Shown here: positions 32,051-39,289 of the stretch, piece after piece
Layout of the letters: every line of letters starts with the position of its first letter
Position numbering within the stretch: the first letter of the stretch is position 1
Origin: Eubacteriales bacterium
GTDB lineage: Bacteria; Bacillota; Clostridia; Oscillospirales; CAG-272
Assembly: GCA_045127215.1 (NCBI GenBank)
Contig: JBGVPV010000046.1
Coordinates: 1,792-65,791, forward strand
DNA length: 64,000 nucleotides
Reading direction: 5' to 3'
Notes under the pieces: generated by a model
The model's input: only the letters and a program-made list of their open reading frames with translations
Told to the model about the DNA's origin: nothing
The model's database searches: none
Translations under genes and position numbers: made by a program

Positions 32051-32764
32051 ATGCGAAGGATTGCAGTTCTTGACGATGAAAAATCATATTTAGACTCCGT
32101 CTTAGCACTTTTGGAAGAATATGAAAGTGAACGAAACGAGCATTTTGCGACGGAACGATTTATCAATCCGTCTGACTTTCTTGATAAACTGGAAAGCGGT
32201 GCGGTATATGATATCTATCTTCTTGATATCTATATGCCCGGTGTTACCGGTATGAGTATCGCAACGGAGCTTCGCAGCCGTGGGGTCAAGAGTCCTATTA
32301 TTTTTCTGACCTCCTCCACCGATCACGCTTTACAAGCCTTCGGTGTAGATGCTACCCATTATTTGCTGAAACCCTATACAAAAGACAATTTTTATGTGGG
32401 TATGGATAAAGCGATGCAAAGCATCACCTCCCACAAAGACGACAGCATCGTTTTGAAAGTGGATAATGAATACCGGAGTATCCCGGTATCCAAAATTATA
32501 TACTGCGAAGCCGAAGACAAATATCAGCGGCTCTATTTGGACAAGGCTGAAAGATTGCTTATCCGTATCAGCGGTACAGAACTTTATAAACAGCTTTCGG
32601 AATTTGATTGTTTTTACCGCTGCGGCAGAGCGCATATTGTAAATCTGAACCATATAAGCCGTGTGACACAAGACGGTGTATCGTTCAAAAGCGGTATGGA
32701 TTTGAGTCTTCCGCATACAGTGCAGGCAGGCTTGCGAAAAGCATTCTTTGACTATTTCAATTAG
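32051..32764 (+). CDS. LytTR-family response regulator (AgrA/ComE-like)
   Basis: Receiver domain (IAVLDDE ... IYLLDIYMPGVTG ... IIFLTS ... YLLKP) plus a LytTR DNA-binding domain (IPVSKIIYCEAEDKYQRLYL ... FYRCGRAHIVNLNHI). The start could be 32033 or 32051. Confidence 0.92.
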   Translation: MRRIAVLDDEKSYLDSVLALLEEYESERNEHFATERFINPSDFLDKLESGAVYDIYLLDIYMPGVTGMSIATELRSRGVKSPIIFLTSSTDHALQAFGVDATHYLLKPYTKDNFYVGMDKAMQSITSHKDDSIVLKVDNEYRSIPVSKIIYCEAEDKYQRLYLDKAERLLIRISGTELYKQLSEFDCFYRCGRAHIVNLNHISRVTQDGVSFKSGMDLSLPHTVQAGLRKAFFDYFN

Positions 32765-32779
32765 GAGGTGCCTTTTTAA

Positions 32780-33997
32780 GTGATGCAACATATTGTTTTT
32801 TTGACACTTACGATACTATCTCATATCTGTGCCTCCTTGTTTTTTGCAAAGCCACGTTTTAATAAAATCATCACTGCGGTGATCTGGCTGCTGTACAGCA
32901 GTGTGTTTTTTATGCTCAGTCCAGAGGGATATATCAATTACTTTATTTCCGTTGCGCTGCATCTGACACTGTTTTTTGTCACAACCACAGGTCGTGCCGT
33001 TGAAAAAGGGTTTCTGTTTTTTAGTTATGCCACAACCTATACCTGTTTTTCCACATTATTTAATATGCTGGTGCAGGTCGTGGATAGTATGACGGTCAAG
33101 GTCATTCTTGCCTTTGTGTGTATGGCAGTTATGCAATTTGTTTTGTATAGGCTGCTGCTTCCTTCTTTTCAAAAGGTCGCAAAGTATATTCGTGAGGGTT
33201 GGGGCAAATTCTATGCGGTGGTGCTCAGCTTTTGGGTGCTTATTGTCGGACAGTTCCTGTTTACTTGGATGGAGCTGATAAAAGGTGTTGACAAGATCCT
33301 TTGTTTGATTACGATCGTTGCTTTCTGCTTTACCTATATCGCCATGTTCAACAACATGAAGAACATCGTAGAGCTGTCACGGGAAAAGCAAAAATCCTTA
33401 CATACCGAGCTTTTGCAAATACAGGTAGATGCGCAATCAAAGGAAGCTGCCATCGTGCGGCAAAACCGTCATGATATGCGTCACCACTACCAGGAACTAT
33501 TGTCAATGGCACTTGAAGGGAAAACAGAAAAGATCATCGAATATTTAAAGATTCAGAGTAAAAGCATCGAAGCGATGAATACCGGTCGTTTCTGTGAAAA
33601 TGAAACCATTAACAATATTTTGAAGGTCTTTTATCAAAAGGCTACAAGCCAAAATATCACCATAGACATTCGTGCAGCAGCAAAACCGGATATTTCCGTG
33701 CCGTCTCCGGCACTTGTAACCATCGTTGCGAACATTTTGGAAAACGCCCTTCACGGAGCTGTGGAAAGCAAAGCGAAAAGCCCCAATATTACAGTTTCCA
33801 TTAAACACAAATCAGGTCACTTAGTGATCTCGTGTGAGAACACTTGTAGTCAGTCCCTAAAATTTGAAGAGATGCCCGAATACTTACAAGGCATCGGCAT
33901 CCACAGTGTTATCTCCACTGCGGAAAAGTATAACGGCTCCTGCCGCTTTTCGGCATCTGACGGTGTGTTCAGCTGTACAGTCATTATGGATGAATAA
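32780..33997 (+). CDS. GHKL sensor histidine kinase, AgrC/ComD-like (HPK10-type)
   Basis: About 6 N-terminal TM segments, an H-box NRHDMRHHY, an N-box ILENALHGA and a G-box GIGIHSV. Confidence 0.88.
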   Translation: MMQHIVFLTLTILSHICASLFFAKPRFNKIITAVIWLLYSSVFFMLSPEGYINYFISVALHLTLFFVTTTGRAVEKGFLFFSYATTYTCFSTLFNMLVQVVDSMTVKVILAFVCMAVMQFVLYRLLLPSFQKVAKYIREGWGKFYAVVLSFWVLIVGQFLFTWMELIKGVDKILCLITIVAFCFTYIAMFNNMKNIVELSREKQKSLHTELLQIQVDAQSKEAAIVRQNRHDMRHHYQELLSMALEGKTEKIIEYLKIQSKSIEAMNTGRFCENETINNILKVFYQKATSQNITIDIRAAAKPDISVPSPALVTIVANILENALHGAVESKAKSPNITVSIKHKSGHLVISCENTCSQSLKFEEMPEYLQGIGIHSVISTAEKYNGSCRFSASDGVFSCTVIMDE

Positions 33998-34012
33998 CCG
34001 AATAACGACAAC

Positions 34013-34050
34013 AAAAACTCCTGCCGATTGGCAGGAGTTTTTGTTGTTTT
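34013..34050 (+). terminator. Terminator after the kinase gene
   Basis: aaaaactcctgcc gatt ggcaggagttttt followed by a T-rich tract. Confidence 0.8.
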
Positions 34051-34067
34051 TACGGGTCAAGCACTAA

Positions 34068-34132
34068 CTTCACGACAAAAAAAGCGCACTTCACGACATT
34101 TTTCCGTTTTTAGAGAGCTTATGCATTATAAT
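34068..34132 (+). promoter_or_regulatory. Second LytTR-box-like direct repeat plus activator-type promoter in front of the peptidase/fibre genes
   Basis: CTTCACGACA at 34068-34077 and 34089-34098 (21-bp period). The first copy continues AAAAAAGCG, like the boxes at 31901. TATAAT at 34127-34132 with a poor -35. Confidence 0.55.
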
Positions 34133-34166
34133 TATGATGATTAATGAAGAAAAGGGGTATTTTTCT

Positions 34167-34388
34167 ATGAATATGAAAAAACATACAGAATTTTCAACTC
34201 CGCCTATCGGGAGTAAAATATCACGTTTTGATCATTGCCCATGCTTTTCAGCAAGGAGGAGTTTACTTGCCACAGAGCCGATTTGCTGGTTCTGTCGGTT
34301 TGCAAAGTTTGATCTTTTTGCCGATAAACTTCCGGAAAGCGGTGTTTGTAAACATCCGGTTGAACAAGCAGAAGACAAAAAGAAATAA
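34167..34388 (+). CDS. Small Cys-rich hypothetical protein (73 aa)
   Basis: ATG at 34167, 9 nt after GAAAAGGGG. CPC ... CWFC ... C pattern. First ORF downstream of the box-containing promoter. Confidence 0.4.
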   Translation: MNMKKHTEFSTPPIGSKISRFDHCPCFSARRSLLATEPICWFCRFAKFDLFADKLPESGVCKHPVEQAEDKKK

Positions 34389-34455
34389 CAAAGGTTTTTC
34401 TTTGAAAAAGATTATATAAGAACGCAGTTTTACTGCGAGAAATGAGGTAGCCATT

Positions 34456-35208
34456 ATGGTAAAGGAAAAGACTTCTAAATCCCACAAAACACTAACGATT
34501 ATAGGAATAGTGCTCTGTGTCATTTTAGTGCCGATTCTGCTGATTAATGTTACGCTGATTATCAAGAGTTACGTAAATAAAGATGAGGTTCCGAGTGTTG
34601 GAGGAACATTCCCTATGATCGTACTGACGGACTCAATGTATCCGGATATTAAAAGCGGAGATCTGATCTTCTGTCGTACCGTCCAGGCAGATTCTGTAGA
34701 AGAAGGAATGGTGATATCCTTTTTTGATCCTGCGGGTAACGGAAGCACGGTAGTTACCCACAAGGTGATTGAAATACTCCACAACGAGGACGGGACGCGC
34801 TCGTTCCGTACCAAGGGTATTAACAACAATACCGAGGATAGATTGCTTGTTCCCCAAGATAATCTTGTAGGGCGTTATACGGGGGTGCGTATCCCGTATG
34901 CAGGTAATGTCGCACTCTTTATGCAGACAACATACGGACTTATCGTATGTGTATTTATTCCATTTGTTTTGCTTGTTGCTTATGATATTATTCGCCGCCG
35001 AAAAAACGAGAAGAATCAAAGTAAAGATGTAGCTGCCCTTATGGCAGAGCTGGAAAAACTCAAAGCGGAAAAAGAAGAAAAAATTGACCCCCAATCAGAG
35101 AAGAAGATCTCTTCGACAGAAAATATCGAGAGTTCCGTATCGGAAGAAAAATCCGATGATGAAACTGTTATTCTTCCCTCGGAAGCCACGTCCGGGGATG
35201 GAATATAA
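34456..35208 (+). CDS. Signal peptidase I, archaeal/ER (SipW) type, paralog 1 with long charged C-terminal tail
   Basis: N-terminal TM, catalytic-Ser region VLTDSMYPDIKSGDLI, His region VVTHKVIE, TKGINNN (the GDxN-like box), a second TM, then a 70-aa Lys/Glu/Ser-rich tail. Confidence 0.85.
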   Translation: MVKEKTSKSHKTLTIIGIVLCVILVPILLINVTLIIKSYVNKDEVPSVGGTFPMIVLTDSMYPDIKSGDLIFCRTVQADSVEEGMVISFFDPAGNGSTVVTHKVIEILHNEDGTRSFRTKGINNNTEDRLLVPQDNLVGRYTGVRIPYAGNVALFMQTTYGLIVCVFIPFVLLVAYDIIRRRKNEKNQSKDVAALMAELEKLKAEKEEKIDPQSEKKISSTENIESSVSEEKSDDETVILPSEATSGDGI

Positions 35209-35312
35209 ATTGCCGCGGCAGATGCCGCAAAAAAACCGGCACTGCCGGCAAATATCTTTCCCCGCATAAGGGAAGAGTAAAAACCTACATAATCCGAAAG
35301 GAGATTAAAACA

Positions 35313-35996
35313 ATGATGAAAAACAAGATGATGAGAATTGCTTCCGTTCTTTTGGTAGCGGTTCTCCTTTCCACCTGTGCTATTTCAGGCACTTTCGCAA
35401 AGTACGTAACCTCCAAGGAAAGCACCGATACTGCACGTGTTGCAAAGTTTGGCGTAGACCTTGCTGTTACTGTTGATGGCGCTTTTGCAACCGAGTACGA
35501 TGCAGATACGGCCGCAAACGATGAGCATGGTGTTGCCATTGCAAAGACCGTAGTTGCTGCTACCGGCGATCCTGATAACTTGCTTGCTCCCGGAACCGAG
35601 GGCGACTTGATGGCTTCTGCAACCATTTCCGGCACCCCTGAGGTTGCTGTAAATGTGAAGCAGGAAGCTACCCTTGTTTTAACCGGCTGGGCAGTAGAGG
35701 GTACTTATTACTGTCCTCTGGTTATCACCGTTGATGGCACTGAATTCTACGGTATGGATTATACCTCTGCTGCAGAGTTCATTGCTGCTGTTGAGGCTGC
35801 TCTGGATAGCGACGTGAACTATGCACCCAATACCGATCTGACTGAATCTCACTCTGTGACTTGGGCATGGGCTTTCGAAGGCACCGACGGTAAGCAGACC
35901 GACGAGTTGGATACTGCTCTGGGTAATTACGCTGCCAAGACCGGTGACATCGAGATCTCTTTCACCTACAAGGTTATCGTAACTCAGATCGACTAA
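35313..35996 (+). CDS. TasA/camelysin-like secreted protein with SipW-class signal peptide (putative major subunit)
   Basis: The signal peptide ends in SGTFAKYVTS (compare GGTxAxFxD in TasA/CalY). LAPGTEG and WAWAFEG motifs. Followed by a strong terminator. Confidence 0.75.
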   Translation: MMKNKMMRIASVLLVAVLLSTCAISGTFAKYVTSKESTDTARVAKFGVDLAVTVDGAFATEYDADTAANDEHGVAIAKTVVAATGDPDNLLAPGTEGDLMASATISGTPEVAVNVKQEATLVLTGWAVEGTYYCPLVITVDGTEFYGMDYTSAAEFIAAVEAALDSDVNYAPNTDLTESHSVTWAWAFEGTDGKQTDELDTALGNYAAKTGDIEISFTYKVIVTQID

Positions 35997-36011
35997 TTAG
36001 TTTTTATAATG

Positions 36012-36058
36012 TCTCCCGCCCCGACGTGGCCGGGGCGGGAGATAAACTCTTTTGTTTT
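36012..36058 (+). terminator. Strong GC-rich terminator after the putative major subunit gene
   Basis: tctcccgcccc ... ggggcgggaga 11-bp stem followed by cttttgttttt. Confidence 0.85.
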
Positions 36059-36149
36059 TGATTTTTCACAGTTTCTAACACCTGTTGGGAACTGTGAAAA
36101 GTTAAAAATTTCAATTCAAAAAATATAAAGGGTATAAGGAGGAAGGATC

Positions 36150-37325
36150 GTGCCGGAAACAATAGAAATAAACGAAACGAATAATAGTGTTCGATCAAAC
36201 ACCTCTGCAAATGGAGCTTTTTGGACAGCAATAGCTATTTTGATACTGCTTTTAGTATTGAGTACGGTAATACTTTCAATTCAGCTTTATTCGTTTGCAA
36301 CTATAGATGAGCGTGTTCTATCTATAAAATCAAACACGGATGCTCGTTTCGATGTGTTTTCACTGCAATATGAAAACGCTTCAGGAGAGATAACCGTTAT
36401 CGGAACAGAAGGCGAAAAGATTATTGCACCCGGTACCGATGTTGAGTATGCAGTACGTCTGCGTAATGCCGACAAAGTAGCGCTTGATTACGAGATACTT
36501 CCGACTGCAAAATTTTATTCAGAGTATAAAATTCCTGTTTATGTACGAATTATCGGTCCGGATGAAACCTATGTAGCAGGTGACGCAAAAAATTGGATAC
36601 TGATTGAAGATCTGAATGACACAAGAACTACAGCAACACTGAAAAAGGGTGAATCAGTAGAGTATATTTTTCAATGGAAATGGCCGTATGAGAGTGGAGA
36701 CGACGGATATGACACCTTTCTTGGAGATAACGTATACGAAGAAAATATAGGTGTTATTGTTTCATTTGACGTTTATGCAACGGCAAATACAACTTTAGAC
36801 GATAATGATGGATTGTTCGGAAATGTTTACGGCAATACTTCCTTCATTCTTATTTTCACCGTTTTGCTGCTCATTGCAATCATTATTCTTTTGATTTATA
36901 AGTTCATCAAAAAGCGCAACAAGGATAAAGGACCGACCCCCGTTATCATACCTGCTCCTCAGCAAGAGGTCGAGATTGAGATTGCGCCTGCTCCTGTGTG
37001 CGAACCTTATATTGAACCTGAAGTAAAACAATCTAAGAAGGCGTTTGTTGGTAAGATGTCATTTGTAAATATTGATACTTTGGATCAATACTTTAACGAC
37101 GGTGATACCGTAAGTCTGGAGAAGCTGAAAGCCATGGGGCTCATTCCCGCGAATGTAAAACAGATGAAGGTGCTTGCAAGATACACAGGCGAATTTAGCA
37201 AGGTGCTTACAGTGGAAACTCAAGGAATATCTGCAGAAGCGCGAGTCGCTATTGTGAAGGCAGGCGGAAAAGTAATTATTACCGATGGAGGCACAGATAT
37301 CGCGGAAAACAAGGGTAAGCAATAA
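36150..37325 (+). CDS. Bitopic membrane protein: SipW-type N-terminal segment, TasA-like ectodomain, TM, Pro-rich linker and uL15-like C-terminal domain
   Basis: GTG start 6 nt after AAGGAGG. IQLYSFATID motif. Second TM SFILIFTVLLLIAIIILLIY. The C-terminus FVNIDTLDQYFNDGDTVSLEKLKAMGLI ... KVLARYTGEFSKVLTVETQGISAEARVAIVKAGGKVIIT resembles the ribosomal uL15 C-terminal domain. Confidence 0.75.
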   Translation: MPETIEINETNNSVRSNTSANGAFWTAIAILILLLVLSTVILSIQLYSFATIDERVLSIKSNTDARFDVFSLQYENASGEITVIGTEGEKIIAPGTDVEYAVRLRNADKVALDYEILPTAKFYSEYKIPVYVRIIGPDETYVAGDAKNWILIEDLNDTRTTATLKKGESVEYIFQWKWPYESGDDGYDTFLGDNVYEENIGVIVSFDVYATANTTLDDNDGLFGNVYGNTSFILIFTVLLLIAIIILLIYKFIKKRNKDKGPTPVIIPAPQQEVEIEIAPAPVCEPYIEPEVKQSKKAFVGKMSFVNIDTLDQYFNDGDTVSLEKLKAMGLIPANVKQMKVLARYTGEFSKVLTVETQGISAEARVAIVKAGGKVIITDGGTDIAENKGKQ

Positions 37326-37885
37326 TGAAGAAAAAAGTATTAAGAATAATCTGTACAACATTTCTTTCACTTGTGATGAGTTTCATCATTGGCTTGAGTT
37401 TCTATTCGTTTAATGCCAGAATGGTTCATCACAATTCAATGCCTATGCCGTTTGGCGTGGGTGTTTCGGTAGTCCTCTCGGGCAGTATGGAACCGAAATT
37501 TTCAGCGGGAGATCTTATTGTGGTTGTTGAGGCAGATGATTACGCTATAAATGATATTGTTGTATATCAAAGCGCAAAAAATGCTGTAGTACACCGAATT
37601 ATAGATATTGATGAAGACAGGATTATCACCCAAGGAGATGCCAATAATGTAAGTGACGAACCGATAGACAAAAGCTGCATCAAGGGAAAAGTTTTGTTTT
37701 CAATTCCATACTTTGGATACGTGGTATCATTTCTCAAATCCACACCGGGCACGCTCATTGTACTGGTGCTTGCATTTTTCCTGTTTGAATATTCGTTTAT
37801 ACGGGAGAAGAAAGAACAACGCAAAAAAATAACTGAAATCCGCAATGAGATAGAAACACTCAAAAAGGAGCAGGATATGCAATAA
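37325..37885 (+). CDS. Signal peptidase I, archaeal/ER (SipW) type, paralog 2
   Basis: SGSMEPKFSAGDLIVV, VVHRIIDI and TQGDANN motifs with TM segments at both ends. The start overlaps the upstream stop (TAATG). Confidence 0.9.
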   Translation: MKKKVLRIICTTFLSLVMSFIIGLSFYSFNARMVHHNSMPMPFGVGVSVVLSGSMEPKFSAGDLIVVVEADDYAINDIVVYQSAKNAVVHRIIDIDEDRIITQGDANNVSDEPIDKSCIKGKVLFSIPYFGYVVSFLKSTPGTLIVLVLAFFLFEYSFIREKKEQRKKITEIRNEIETLKKEQDMQ

Positions 37886-37906
37886 AACACGAAAGGGAGG
37901 GTGTCT

Positions 37907-38404
37907 GTGGAAAAGGTTAATAAAAAAACACCCATAGTGTTTTATGTTGGAATCGTATTATTAGGTTTAGTTATCATCAGTTCGTATTTCACGAATGGTT
38001 TATATGCTCGCTATGCTGTGTCGGAGTTTTCCTACGATGACGCAAGGATTGCATCCTTTGACGTAAATATTGTATCGGGCGTCAATCTTTACAGTAAGTT
38101 GATCGAACTTGGTGAAATTCAGCCAGGTGATGAAAGCAGCATATCCTTTACGGTAAACAATAATAGCGAGGTTGCGGTTGCCTTGAATATTACTGCGATT
38201 AATTTGACCGGGAATCTCCCGCTTGATGTACCGCTGAAGGGTACAATCGATGCAAATAGTCCTATTTTTTCAGAAACCTTGAATGCGGGCGAGAGTGCTG
38301 TGCTTACGTTTACAATTACTTGGGATGAAAATAATTCTGATCCTTCTGGTGCGGGAAAAACAGATATTTTGGAGCTGAGAATCGCGGTGGAGCAAGTTGA
38401 TTAA
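37907..38404 (+). CDS. TasA-like small secreted protein with SipW-class signal motif (putative minor subunit)
   Basis: I prefer the GTG at 37907, 6 nt after GGGAGG; the ORF opens at 37901. TNGLYARYAVSE motif followed by DDARIASFDVNI. Confidence 0.65.
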   Translation: MEKVNKKTPIVFYVGIVLLGLVIISSYFTNGLYARYAVSEFSYDDARIASFDVNIVSGVNLYSKLIELGEIQPGDESSISFTVNNNSEVAVALNITAINLTGNLPLDVPLKGTIDANSPIFSETLNAGESAVLTFTITWDENNSDPSGAGKTDILELRIAVEQVD

Positions 38405-38436
38405 AATGCGAGACAAAATGAGTGGAAAGGAGCAAA

Positions 38437-39273
38437 ATGGCCATAAAAAAGAAAGATAATGGAAGAATGAATATCCACATAAGAACAATCGTATGCGCGG
38501 TTTTGGCTCTTGTGATTTTATCGACGATTGCTGTAGGTGGAATATTCGCAAAATACATAGCAGGAACTCAGACGAAAGGCTATCTTTCATCCCCAACGTT
38601 TTATTTTACCAGCGATATATTGAAAGAAACTGCCGTTTCCTATACTCTCAATCCTGGAGAGAACGGTGCTACCGAAGTGTCGTTTCAAGTTCGCAACTTT
38701 GCCGATGAATTACGAATTGCGGATAAAGATATTAGCTTTTCGGTTAATGTAATGCCGTCGGATGGCGTAACCGTTATGATAAACGGTATAGTAACCTCTA
38801 CGGGAACGCTTTTGGCGTCCCCGTCTGACGGTTCTTCTGAAACCGTCACAGTTTCCGGATTAAAAAACGGTCAGACTTATATTATTACCGCAACAGGAGA
38901 TGCCGGATTTGTTAGTACCTTGCGTGCAAGTATCACCGTAAAACCTGACGAGAAGGAGATATACAAGCATTTAGATGTTTCTGATCCGAATTATGTTCTT
39001 CTTACTGTATGGACGAAAAATCTTTCAGGAGCTGTAAATGTAAAGTTCCCGGATGGACTTATACCGGATGGTACGGATAATGTTATGAGTACAGTATACA
39101 ATTATAAAGACGGTTCGTATGTAGCCTCTGAATTTATAGATAGCACAAACTTTGCCCATACTTATTCGTCGCATGTGTATAGATTCTTTAAGACAAATAA
39201 TCAAGATTATACAGCAAGTAATTTTACTGTCAGACTGGGCACTGCTGATGCTATCGAAACAATACCCGAGTAG
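38437..39273 (+). CDS. Secreted protein with SipW-class signal motif (putative minor subunit, 278 aa)
   Basis: ATG at 38437 after GGAAAGGAG. The signal segment ends in VGGIFAKYIAGT. Confidence 0.65.
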   Translation: MAIKKKDNGRMNIHIRTIVCAVLALVILSTIAVGGIFAKYIAGTQTKGYLSSPTFYFTSDILKETAVSYTLNPGENGATEVSFQVRNFADELRIADKDISFSVNVMPSDGVTVMINGIVTSTGTLLASPSDGSSETVTVSGLKNGQTYIITATGDAGFVSTLRASITVKPDEKEIYKHLDVSDPNYVLLTVWTKNLSGAVNVKFPDGLIPDGTDNVMSTVYNYKDGSYVASEFIDSTNFAHTYSSHVYRFFKTNNQDYTASNFTVRLGTADAIETIPE

Positions 39274-39289
39274 AAAGGAGCACTTAGTT

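Noticed and set aside
32033-33997. Search for agrB/agrD or comAB/comC-type partner genes of the LytTR system.
   Set aside because: No AgrB-like multi-TM peptidase, short AgrD-like ORF or double-glycine peptide gene could be found on either side. The system is reported as orphan rather than as a complete quorum-sensing locus.
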